From: a virus
Lineage: Duplodnaviria > Heunggongvirae > Uroviricota > Caudoviricetes
Reading direction: 5' to 3' (one strand)
Virus record (IMG/VR): IMGVR_UViG_3300047159_000064
DNA: 64,000 bases
Shown here piece by piece: positions 10,031 through 19,653 of this stretch. Under the pieces are notes generated by a model that was not told where the DNA came from, made no database searches, and was given only the letters and a program-made list of their open reading frames with translations. The position numbers were made by a program, and so were the translations under genes. Within the stretch, counting starts at the first letter, position 1, and every line of letters starts with the position of its first letter.

Positions 10031-10951
10031 TTAGGCTTTTACCACAGAGAACTCCGATGTCGTCACGCAGCGCCGTATCGCTATGTTATGCGCCAGAGAG
10101 TCATTGGCGTAATAATTATGGCAGTCTAGCTCGTCGCAGTCGTCGCCTATCGATAGATTGTATCTTTCGAATCCTTCTGCGATATGCTGCTCTATAGACA
10201 CGACAGTTTTCCAGCCGCGCATTGTTTTTACTTCGTCGCCGATCATCAGGCAGCCATAGCCGTCGCAGCAAGTCAGCGAATGCCAGCCTTGCTTGGTGTA
10301 CAGAGGATGATAAGACGCCATTTCGACGCTGGATCCATCTGAGAAAGCCACCGTGGCTTTCGGCGTTTTAGACGTCTTTATGACTATCGAGCTTACTCTG
10401 GCGAGGCAGTCTTTGCCGTCAGTTATGTCGTAAGATAATACCTTGTCGCCGATTCTGATATCCTGTATTTGTCTTTTTGATCCGTCGGCCATCGTTATCA
10501 AGGTGTCTTTGGCGAAGCAGCACGCGGTTGAAATAGGCGTGATCGACGTGCTGACAGACGAGTCATCTGTGACGATGCTGCTGAACGACGTCCTATATCC
10601 TTGGATGTAGCTGACTGTAAGATAAGTCGTAGCCGATAGGCTGGCCGTCGTTTGCCATGATCCGCTCTTGAAATAAACGACAGATATGCTGTAGTTCGAA
10701 GAATCCGTAGAATTTCGGTCTAGTAGCACCATCGCCGGGCATTCTACGTGCTCGAGGACGCCGCCTGTGCTGTTTTTAGTTTCGAAGTTTAGAACGGCGC
10801 TGACGATTCTGTTGGTATCGTTGCCCAAAGCGCCGACGATGAAGCTTTTTAGGTTGGCGGCGCTGTCTATCGACGCGAAGTTTACCAGGCAGAGATCGCC
10901 GACTGCCGCAGGTATGTGATGGGAATATACGTTCGTAGCTTCGTCTGCCAT
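10031..10951 (-). CDS. Hint (intein-like/BIL) domain protein
   Basis: Ser/Thr-rich N-terminal domain, then CFAKDTLITMADGS...GDKV...YHPLYT...NYYANDSLAHN (10519-10085), then a 17 aa tail starting with Ile. Confidence 0.8.
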   Translation of the reverse strand: MADEATNVYSHHIPAAVGDLCLVNFASIDSAANLKSFIVGALGNDTNRIVSAVLNFETKNSTGGVLEHVECPAMVLLDRNSTDSSNYSISVVYFKSGSWQTTASLSATTYLTVSYIQGYRTSFSSIVTDDSSVSTSITPISTACCFAKDTLITMADGSKRQIQDIRIGDKVLSYDITDGKDCLARVSSIVIKTSKTPKATVAFSDGSSVEMASYHPLYTKQGWHSLTCCDGYGCLMIGDEVKTMRGWKTVVSIEQHIAEGFERYNLSIGDDCDELDCHNYYANDSLAHNIAIRRCVTTSEFSVVKA

Positions 10952-10955
10952 CGTT

Positions 10956-11429
10956 TTACGCTCCTATGAGCTCTCTGCGTCCGCTGATGTATTCCAGCAC
11001 GAGAATGTCTGATTTTATCAGCTTGAGCAGCGCCACGCATTTTTCGGCGTCTTCGGTTTTGAAGTAGCCACTGAGCACGCCGGCTATCTCGTCTGCGCGC
11101 ACCTCTCTGTAGAAATTGCCCGCGTCGTCGAGCTTGCTGCCGTACAGCGAGATCTGCGTCATCAGGCAGGTCAGCGTTATGACGACATCGTTGACGTCTG
11201 ACACCTCTTTGAGGATGTTAGCGTACAAAGGCGATTTGTCCTTGTTGTGCTTTTTGCGCAGCATCTCGTAGAAATTGCCAACTTCGATGCCGCGGTTCTG
11301 CGAAATGAACTTCAAGACGTCGAGCGGGACTTCTTTCGACGCCAGCAGTTTGCGCATGCAGGCGTCGATATTGACGCCGTTGTCCTCCATTTTTACCAGA
11401 ATGGACAGGCAGTCGTTTTTCGTTATCAT
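10956..11429 (-). CDS. Hypothetical protein
   Basis: Helical ORF between portal and Hint protein; likely start ATG 11429. Confidence 0.65.
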   Translation of the reverse strand: MITKNDCLSILVKMEDNGVNIDACMRKLLASKEVPLDVLKFISQNRGIEVGNFYEMLRKKHNKDKSPLYANILKEVSDVNDVVITLTCLMTQISLYGSKLDDAGNFYREVRADEIAGVLSGYFKTEDAEKCVALLKLIKSDILVLEYISGRRELIGA

Positions 11430-11457
11430 GTTATTGTTTTGCCTTTCTTTGCTTCGC

Positions 11458-13413
11458 TTATTTGTTTTCGGTGAAGTCTTTGTCTTTGTCAGCTTCTTCT
11501 GGAGACGGCAGCGTGTTGTCGCTGTCCTCCACAAGGGCGTCGTTAGAGGCGCTGTCGCCTTTTTCGTCGAGCGATTCTTTTACGGCGCTGTCCGGCATCG
11601 GCGTTAGACTCAGCGCTGCGTCGTCTTTAGGCTTATCGCCTTCTGGCGCTTCTTCAGGCTTTGGCTCTTCGGCCGTTTCAGCGGCTTTCTTTTCGGCAGC
11701 CTCTTTGGCTTTATCGGCCTCTTCTTCGGCTTTTTTGGCCTCAGCCTCTTTCTTTTTGGCCTCTTCCAGCGAATTTATCTCGCCTTGTATCTCGGCGACG
11801 ACGTCATCGTTGTAGTTGAGCGAGCTTATCAGCGACTTCAGGATCTTGAGCCTTCTGCTCTTGTCTTCGACGTCGGTCAGCAGCGAATTGAGGTTGTTTA
11901 TGGCGTTGATTCTGTTAGCCATGTTGTCACGGTAGTCTATCTCTTCTTGTGTGACTGGCGCCTTTATCTTCAAGACGAAGTTGTTTATGTACGATTTGAG
12001 GCCTTTGTTTATCAGGATGAGGTTGATCACGTCGGTCACCATCTGTATGACCGAGTTCTGCACGCGTTTTATGCCTTTGGCGTAAACGCTTGACAGAATG
12101 GTCAGCGACGTTCCGCCGTTGAATCCTGCTCCGTCGTCGGTCCAGCCGAAATACTGCTTCGGTATGCCGTACGAAGAATAGAATTTGTTGTTCCACCAGT
12201 CTAGATCGGCCATGCTCTTTACTTCGACGTCGCCGCCGACGGAATCGACGGTGATGGCGCCTTGGCCGTTGTGGGTGGCGAAATAGATGTTGTTCTCCAT
12301 CGGGCCTGGGTTGTTGTACTCGGCCATGCTGCCGTCTTTGTTGAGCGCCGTTTTCTGCTCCATCATGTCTTTGACGCGGCGCAGCGTTTGCTGCACCTGC
12401 TCTTTAGACATGTCGCCGACTTCCACAGATACCTTTCTGAGAATGCTGGAGCGCGTTATTCTGTTGAGCAGCGCGGCGTTTTCAAGCAGCGCTTTCTCTC
12501 TCCAGATCTTATATGAGTCATAAAGAAGCGATTTGCCGCGCTTGACGGTGTAGGTCAGCGCGTTGGATCCTGCCGTGTAGTCGTTGTCGGACGTGAATAT
12601 CTGCACGGTCTCGGGGAACCTCGAGAAATTGTCTTCTAGGCAGGCGTGCGCGAAATCGTCGGCCTGATACACGTTGACGTCCGTGGATTTAAGCTTGTAG
12701 TTGAAAGCGGTTATCGTTTGGCCGCCCATGACGGCGTCTGATGTGTCGAAGCCTGTCGATTTCATGTTCGGCACTTCAATGTAGCCGTATGTCTTGCCGT
12801 ATTTCGTCAGCTCGAACATCGTGCTTGGATCCGGTATCATCTCGACGTAATAGCTGTATGGGTCGTTTGACGAATGGACGTTGAGGTTGACCGCCTCATT
12901 AAGCGTCCTGGTGGATTCGGCGTTATCGACGCTGTCTTTTGAGAACAGCCTGTCGTCGTAATCCGACTCTCTGTACAGCCTGAGATAGACGTCGCCGTAT
13001 TTCAGCAGCGAATAAGTCCATCCGTATATGTTCTTGTCGACGTTCATGACGTTGAGCAGGTAGTTGACGAATTTGCTTACCTTCGGATCGTTCGATTCGC
13101 ACCACATGATGTGGCCGTTGTCTGACATCTCGCAGACGTCTTCTGCGTAGGTTCTGACGATAGACGACACTGATGAGTCTTTGCACATCGTGTCTATCAG
13201 CTGATAGACTTGATCGCGCGAATTCGATATGTTGGTGAAATTATCGATCTCTGAGGTATCGAGTTTGCCAGTCAAGCCTGCGTCGATGATATTGTCGACC
13301 ATCGTTTTCTTGGTGTCGATATCAAGCTTTGTGGTGTCGTCTAGCACCGTCGGCTTTGCCTGGTTGCCGATCAAAGGGCTTCTCGGCGTAGATGGTTTCT
13401 TTTTTGCTGCCAT
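11458..13413 (-). CDS. Portal protein, T4 gp20-like
   Basis: YAEDVCE, LLKYGDVY, ALLNRITRS, SSYGIPKQY; follows TerL. Confidence 0.85.
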   Translation of the reverse strand: MAAKKKPSTPRSPLIGNQAKPTVLDDTTKLDIDTKKTMVDNIIDAGLTGKLDTSEIDNFTNISNSRDQVYQLIDTMCKDSSVSSIVRTYAEDVCEMSDNGHIMWCESNDPKVSKFVNYLLNVMNVDKNIYGWTYSLLKYGDVYLRLYRESDYDDRLFSKDSVDNAESTRTLNEAVNLNVHSSNDPYSYYVEMIPDPSTMFELTKYGKTYGYIEVPNMKSTGFDTSDAVMGGQTITAFNYKLKSTDVNVYQADDFAHACLEDNFSRFPETVQIFTSDNDYTAGSNALTYTVKRGKSLLYDSYKIWREKALLENAALLNRITRSSILRKVSVEVGDMSKEQVQQTLRRVKDMMEQKTALNKDGSMAEYNNPGPMENNIYFATHNGQGAITVDSVGGDVEVKSMADLDWWNNKFYSSYGIPKQYFGWTDDGAGFNGGTSLTILSSVYAKGIKRVQNSVIQMVTDVINLILINKGLKSYINNFVLKIKAPVTQEEIDYRDNMANRINAINNLNSLLTDVEDKSRRLKILKSLISSLNYNDDVVAEIQGEINSLEEAKKKEAEAKKAEEEADKAKEAAEKKAAETAEEPKPEEAPEGDKPKDDAALSLTPMPDSAVKESLDEKGDSASNDALVEDSDNTLPSPEEADKDKDFTENK

Positions 13414-13550
13414 TTTGTTCTCCTTTTAAACCGGTTCGACGCTTTTTAGCTTTTTATTCGAACCAGTTCGACGGCTTCATTCGAAGCCGCGTTAGCTTAT
13501 CTTTATGTTTATTATGCTTTATGTGTCTCAGGCTTTGCGCAAGCCATATC

Positions 13551-15350
13551 TTATATTATGATTATGCCGTCCATGATGTCTTTGTAGGACTCGAGCTCCT
13601 CTTTCTTCTTTGGATCGATTTGCTCGCTTTCCTCTTCGCTGTCATGAAGCCCGGCGTAAGCCTTAGTCAGCTCTTCTTGGAACGCCGCGATCATCTGGCG
13701 TTTTCTGTATGCGTCGGATTCTCCTGCGTTGACGTCGAGCGCCGAATCGAGGCTCTCGCCGTAGCTGTATGAGTATTCTTCGGCGAATCCGCTCGCCAGA
13801 TACAGCGCGCCGCACACGGCGTCTGCCTGGTCTTTCGAGTTGATGCCGTCTGGCGTGTGGTCGATGTGGCCGTCAGGCTTTCTTTCAAGCCCTATAAGCT
13901 CGTCGGTCAGCAGATCGCATTTCTTGTATATGAGTATTCTTTTCTCGTATATCGCAGATTTCAGATATTGATACGGCAGGCAGACCTTAGTCTCCTTGTC
14001 GACTCGGTCTACGGAGATTATCTTCGTGTTGAACCCATCGCTCTTCAGATCCTGCTGTATTTGCGCGGATTGGAACGTATCTGACGAGATCCCTTTTATG
14101 GAGAATCCCTTGTCTCGCAGCCATCTTATGAAGTTTCTGTTTTTCTCGAAGCTGACCTGATAGCCTTTAGGCGCTTTCACCGATACGGAGAACGCGGTTC
14201 TGTAGCGCAGCTCCCTTGATGACTCCTCCGCGCCGTCTTTGCCTAATGCAGAAGCGGTTTTCCCGGTTATCCATACGCCGGCTATTCCGGTCTTGTCCCC
14301 GGTCATCGACATGTCGAGGTGTATGAACAACGGCCTCGCCATGTCGGCTGGGCTTACTTTGGACAAATCGAAGAAATTGGCGTATTGCGTATGATCGTCC
14401 GGCGAGTTTCCTACCTCTATGACGTCTTTGCTGAACGGGTTAGAATATTCGTCGGTCTTAGCCTGATTGAGCCTTACGCCCGAGATATATTTGGTGGCGC
14501 TGGACGACGACAGGCCTGCGATGTCCATCAAAGCTTGATCGAGGTTCGTTTCGAAGTCCTCTCTGAAGCCTGGCGGTATCTTCAGCATCATATAGCCTTT
14601 TTCTCTGTATTTGTCTATATCCGCCTCTGGGAATCCGACGGGCAGCAGCTCATGTGCAAGGAATTTGTTTCCGACAGCTACGTAGAAGCTTCCAGGATCG
14701 TTTGGGGATCCCTTGTCGTTTCTTATGACCCACTGAGGCTCGTCTATGATTAGCGTTGTTTTTGATTCATTTGTCTTTTTGGTATTTATGTACGAATCAA
14801 GGAAAGCCTGCTCTGTGTCTTTGGACGATATTATTATATTAAGCGTCGGAAGATAGGTGCCCTTCATGAAGCGCGATTTCATACGCGCGTCGATCTGGGC
14901 GATCATTTTCTTCTGTTTTTCTTTTTTCTTCTCTACGTCCGAGCCGATGCCGAAGTTAACCTCCACAAATGTTATCGTCTGGCTTTTTATCCAGGCTTCT
15001 TATGCTTTCGCATAAGGTCAGCGTACATTTCATTCCGCAATGGAACCGGACACTCTTGGGCAGATTATATTTATTCACTGCCTACGCGTTACGGTGGCTC
15101 GCCGCTCTTGCGATATCGGCGAGCTTACCTCGGTACCTGCATTTAAGCATCCACCGATTTTGCCCGAGTTATTTGTCTGACATCTCTGTCAGCCGGATCA
15201 AGTTAGTTTATCCGTTAAGTTACAGTTGTGTGATACGATGTAACTGTCGTTTGTCTTTATTAAGAAGTTGTTGTATGGAGCAGCCTCTATGACATCATAA
15301 TATTGCTTCGGCTCAGCGAGAGTAACTTTTCTCACTGATACTATTTTCAT
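13551..15350 (-). CDS. terL: Terminase large subunit, C-terminal part: join(15350..15210, 14963..13551); begins with the IntC half of a split intein
   Basis: IntC-HN/CNLTD|EVNFG restores the Walker B DE; nuclease motifs FIHLDMSMTGDKTG, ISSDTFQS, DHTPDGINSKDQADAVCG. Confidence 0.8.
14964..15209 (-). ncRNA. Group I self-splicing intron without an ORF (~246 nt)
   Basis: Pairings on the minus strand: P1 CGGAU/AUCCG, P2 CUGACA/UGUCAG, P3 CGGGC/GUCCG, P4 CGGUGG/CCACCG, P6 GGCAG/CUGCC, P7 AGUGU/ACGCU, P9 CUUAUGC-GAAA-GCAUAAG, terminal G; removal restores the frame; boundaries +/-1 nt. Confidence 0.8.
15225..15350 (-). mobile_element. Split intein C-fragment (IntC, 42 aa)
   Basis: MKIVSVRKVTLAEPKQYYDVIEAAPYNNFLIKTNDSYIVSHN followed by Cys(+1); too short for the ORF track. 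Confidence 0.8.
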
Positions 15351-15351
15351 G

Positions 15352-17145
15352 CTACATTGGTTCCTCCTTAATGTCTTTTAATTCGTCGTCTTCAGTAAGG
15401 TACTGAGCTTCTTTGTAAGTGCCATTTTTAAGCAATAGCTTATGATTTGGCGTGCAATGTATCACGGTTCCGTCTTCTAGGCTTATATGATATTCTTCAG
15501 AAGCCACAGTTGTCGGTTTTACCGTGCAGGTGTTGCTTATAGTCTTATTTCCGCTGTCATCTACAGAAATTACCTTTATCGGCTTGTCTACAAGGTCTTC
15601 TAATTTTTTATTGCCTTCTGTGGTCAGTATCTCTGTTTTGCCATCTAGACAAAACAAAGCACGGCCGACTATATGCCTGTTATTAGAGCCGAATATCAGC
15701 TCTATGCCTTTCGGCGGCTGCCATTGCGGATTAGTGCGGCTCGCGTTAAGGTTGCCGTGCGTCATGAATCACGGAGAATTCTGTATATGCTGCTGCAGCT
15801 TGTCCCAGCCTACGCCTTGCGCGGCGTCTAGGGTGATGTTGAGCATCGAGAAAGTTATCTTGTCGTTCGGCATCATGCCGTAATAAGTATAAGGATCTTT
15901 GAGGCATAGCATGCGATACAGCAGATAAAGCATGGCCACGACGGCTATTTCAGTGTTATGAGTCACGATGAAATCGTTGGTCAGGTAAAGATGCTCTTCG
16001 CTGTTTATGTAAATGCACTGGCAGAAGTCTTCGCCGACGTATTCTACGTCCGTTATGTATCTGTAAGGCTCGAACGCTTTGTCGTTCAGCCGCGCCTTTT
16101 TATCGTCCGTAGTGAAGGGGCAGATCGTTTTCGGCAATTTTATGGTTATGAGGATTTTGCTGTTCCTGTGCAGCGGCTTGTATTCTTTGGCGTGACATGT
16201 GCCGCCGAGCGATTCTACTAGCGTTATAAAATCTTTTTTCAAAGCTTTGTTTCGCGTGCATAAGAATATGTAAGAACCGTCTTTTCCGACGTATCCAGCA
16301 GAATCCATCATACCTTGCATGACGGCTATTCTCGTCTCTTTGTCGTTGAATAGGAAATCATCCGTTATGTGCAGGTCTTCTCCGCCTGCTTTTTTGCCGG
16401 CTTTTCCTAATGAAAGGCCGAACAGATACGGATTGACGAAAATGTTTTTATGCGCGAATTCTATCGGCGCGGTCATCGGTATTTTGTACCTGTGGTTATT
16501 GCCGCCGTCGTTTCTGCATTTCAGATTGCGGCTGTGATCCAGCAGCTCTTTGGTCTTTATGGTCTTCCAGACTTTGCTTTTGGTGTTGTATACGGTCCAA
16601 AGATGCTCGTCGCAGCAAAGCGTGGACGTTCCGTCTGAGAACGTCACTTTGCATATCATCATCTTACCCTGCGGGAAAATGCCGAGGATGTCATGAAGCT
16701 TTCCGTCGCTGCCGAATACCTTGTCTGATATCGACAAATCGCCCATTTTCTTATAGCCTGTTTCAGTCAGCACCAGCGAGCTCAGCGGCTGCGCTTTGCC
16801 TAAGCCGATAGCTCCGGTTAGTATCAACGTGTTGTAGCTGGTCGTGAGATTGTCGGGGAAAAGCTTATGCAGCATGTTTCTCCAATAAGGGAAAAGAGTG
16901 CACTGACGTTCGCCGGTGAACTCGTCTGTTCTTCAGATGTCATGCCCAAGATAGTCGTCGTTGTCTAAGAATTCGTCTATGGCGACGGGTATTTCTTCGA
17001 AATCTGAGTATTTGAGATCTTCTAAAGTGTCCGATTCGCCTTTTTGCGAGTATTCTTTTAGGATGCGCAGCGCCAGCTCTTTCTCTTGCGGAGAAAGCTT
17101 TTCCAGGGCCTCTATGTTTATGCTAGGAGCTTTTTGGTTTTCCAT
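15352..17145 (-). CDS. terL: Terminase large subunit, N-terminal part (597 aa with 2 TGA=Trp, a cis intein and IntN)
   Basis: Three track ORFs share one frame, joined by TGA at 16935-16933 (GHDI*RTD) and 15771-15769 (NSP*FMTHG); Walker A GAIGLGK|T. Confidence 0.85.
15355..15651 (-). mobile_element. Split intein N-fragment (IntN, 99 aa)
   Basis: CLDGKTEILTTEG (block A), IHCTPNHKLL (block B), ends at TAG 15354-15352. Confidence 0.8.
15955..16794 (-). mobile_element. Cis intein (280 aa, Ala1-type) with a degenerate LAGLIDADG domain, inside the TerL Walker A
   Basis: AQPLSSLVLTETG...CCDEHLW...FIVTHN|T; endonuclease blocks PYLFGLSLGKAG and QGMMDSAG. Confidence 0.9.
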
Positions 17146-17294
17146 AAACTAAAAAGCCTCCTTGGCTGCGGAGGTTAATCTAAAAAACTGCCTATATCAG
17201 GCGATTATGCTTCATTCGCTCGTAGTCGCGACATTGTTATCTGTAAGAATATTTTGCATCACAAATTTATTCCTTTATATGATACGATAAAAGG

Positions 17295-18089
17295 CTACTT
17301 TTCGCCTTCTTCGCCAGGCTGCTCAGGCTTGGCCGCAGATTTTCCGTTCAGGCCGTTTATATACTCGATTAAGCCGTTTGTGTTCTTCAGCCTGTCTTCG
17401 CTGTCTATCAGGCCTTTTCCTACGGCGTCTTCCGCCGACATGCCGTACAGCTTAGGGAATATGATCGCCAAGAACGGCTTCTGCAGGTTCTGTTCGGCGT
17501 ATTTTACGTAATTGCTGATGACGCTGGCCACTTTCATCAGTCAGTCTCCGTTGTCCAGCACTAGCAGGATGTGCTTGCATCCTCTGCCTTTGTCGTCGTT
17601 TGGGTTCCTGATGTTGCGGCCGGGGCCAGGATCGTGCGCGGTATCGTCAACCGACACTCTGTTTATTATATTCCAGTGAGCGTAATTGTATTTGAAATCG
17701 TCGCAGGTGCATTTGACGAAGATATTGGTGGTGTTGAACGCTTTTGTCAGCGCTTGTATCACTGTTCTGAATTCGAATTTGTTTTTGTTGTTCTTTATGT
17801 TCTTCTGCATTTCGGCTACGACGCCGTCCATGCGCACGGTCACAGTGTAATTGTCTGTTTCTCCGGCTACGGGGATATCGACTTGCAGAAGATCTTTTTT
17901 GAACAGGTCGTTCATGTCTATTGTGTTGAAGCTTTTTGCCTGCCCTTCGACATGCGAAAATTTCCTGCGATCGTATCGGGTGGCGCCTCTCGTCGTGTCA
18001 GTTTTGTATTTGCCGGCGGCTTTTGATTTATTCAAAAGCAGCGTGCGCGTATCCTCATCAAGTATGCTATAAGCTTCTTTTTCTGTCAT
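17295..18089 (-). CDS. SWIM-type zinc-finger protein; TGA at 17543-17541 read as Trp
   Basis: CTCDDF...GCKH; two track ORFs joined in frame as LDNGD*LMKVASVI; likely start ATG 18089. Confidence 0.7.
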
Positions 18090-18110
18090 TTGCTTTGTTT
18101 CCGTCGCATA

Positions 18111-18119
18111 TAATTTAGC
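18111..18119 (-). promoter_or_regulatory. Candidate late promoter GCTAAATTA
   Basis: Exact copy, 22 nt upstream of 18089. Confidence 0.65.
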
Positions 18120-18150
18120 AGAAGATGAGCGGCATATTTTTATTAAAAAT

Positions 18151-18179
18151 AAAAACGAGACGGCATTTGTCTCGTTTTT
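18151..18179 (-). terminator. Intrinsic terminator
   Basis: aaaaacgagac-ggcattt-gtctcgttttt hairpin. Confidence 0.7.
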
Positions 18180-18204
18180 GCGCATTAGCGTCTATATTTC
18201 AGCT

Positions 18205-19620
18205 TTATTCGTCTTCGTCTTCGTCGTCCGGCTGATCTTTTATTTTGCCTTCTACCGTGAATAGCCTGGTAGGCAGCTTATTTGGCATTACGTACGAGAA
18301 GTCATATTTGCCATGCGCGCCTTTTCTTGCGTATTTCACGAAAGCTTGGCGCTGCAGGGCTGCTATCATGCCGTCTACTTCTGATTCTTTTACGTTGTAA
18401 ATGAAGAAGTAGCCGTTGCTTTGGACTATCGGCTGCTCGCCGGTAACCCTGGCGATGTTTATCCTGCACTGATTGCGGAATTTTTCCTTCAGCTCCTCTT
18501 TCAGCGATTCCAAAGACAGCGTCTTAGACGTCATTTTGTCTTTCAACGCCTTGAGATCGTCCAGTATGTTCATGCTTCTTATCTCTTTGAAGGTAAGGTT
18601 GTCTATGCTGTATTCGTCTCCGTCTTTCAAGCCGTTTTTGCGCAGTTCGTACAGGTCTTCTATGTACTTGTCTATCTCATCGTAGACAATCTGAGGATCT
18701 GCTTTATCGTCTTTTGTATCTAAGATTATCTTATCGGCTCTTTCTTTCCATTTGGCGACTTTATCGCCTAGCGCCTGCTTGTCTATGTCAGGTATAGCCT
18801 CATGTTTTGGCTCTTTGATCCATTCGTTGTTTTTCACAGAATAGATGCCATTGCTGACCGTCGGCATGTCGCCTGTTTCTACGAACAGCTCGACCGGCGT
18901 GCCATAAAGCGTTATGTCGAATTTCTTGTTGAATAGGCTTCTGTACGCGTTGTATATCGCCGGATAAAGATTATCAGGGCATTTCAGCGCGTCGGTGTCA
19001 GCCATGATATGGACATCTAAATCGCTGTCTTCCGTGTAATTGTAATTGGCGTTGGATCCAATTATCAGAATGTCGTTTATCAGAATATTTATGCCATCTT
19101 GCTCGAGCTCTTCTACGAAGGCGTTAACTATCTCCAGGATGTGCTCGCGCACGTCGTCTTTTAGCTTTTTGTCGTCGCCGTACAAGCGCGGATTAAGCAC
19201 TTCATGCTTTTCGACGTTCTCATCGAGATCGTCATACTGATCCATGGCTTCCGTTATAGTGCCGTCAAGCACCTGTTGGGCATGCTCCAGGAACGGCTTC
19301 CATTCGCCCATGATTGAAATTAGGTAATTGCCGTATTGCTCTGCGTCGTATTTGTCTATGCCGAATTCTGACTTTAGCCTAGCTGCATAGCCTTCTTGCA
19401 CTTCTTTTCAGCCTAAAATAGCCGCAATCATGCAATAATGCAGCATTTTGAATTTGTCTTTTGTGCTTCTGACGAGATTGTACGGCTGGTTTATCCAATC
19501 GGCTTGCGCGCCTTTGTCTTTGAAGCATTTATAATGCTGCGCCATGCGCGTGAAATCGCGCTGCGTCAGCGCGAGATTAGCTTTATCGGTCAGGTCTAGG
19601 TTTTCGTTGATCATTGTCAT
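18205..19620 (-). CDS. Pol-beta-superfamily nucleotidyltransferase with an N-terminal extension; TGA at 19410-19408 read as Trp
   Basis: GSNANYNYTEDSDLDVH (GS..DxD), VELFVE; track ORFs joined as AILG*KEVQEG. Confidence 0.75.
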
Positions 19621-19653
19621 TTTTATCGCCTTTCAGCGCTTGTAGCTTTGTAG

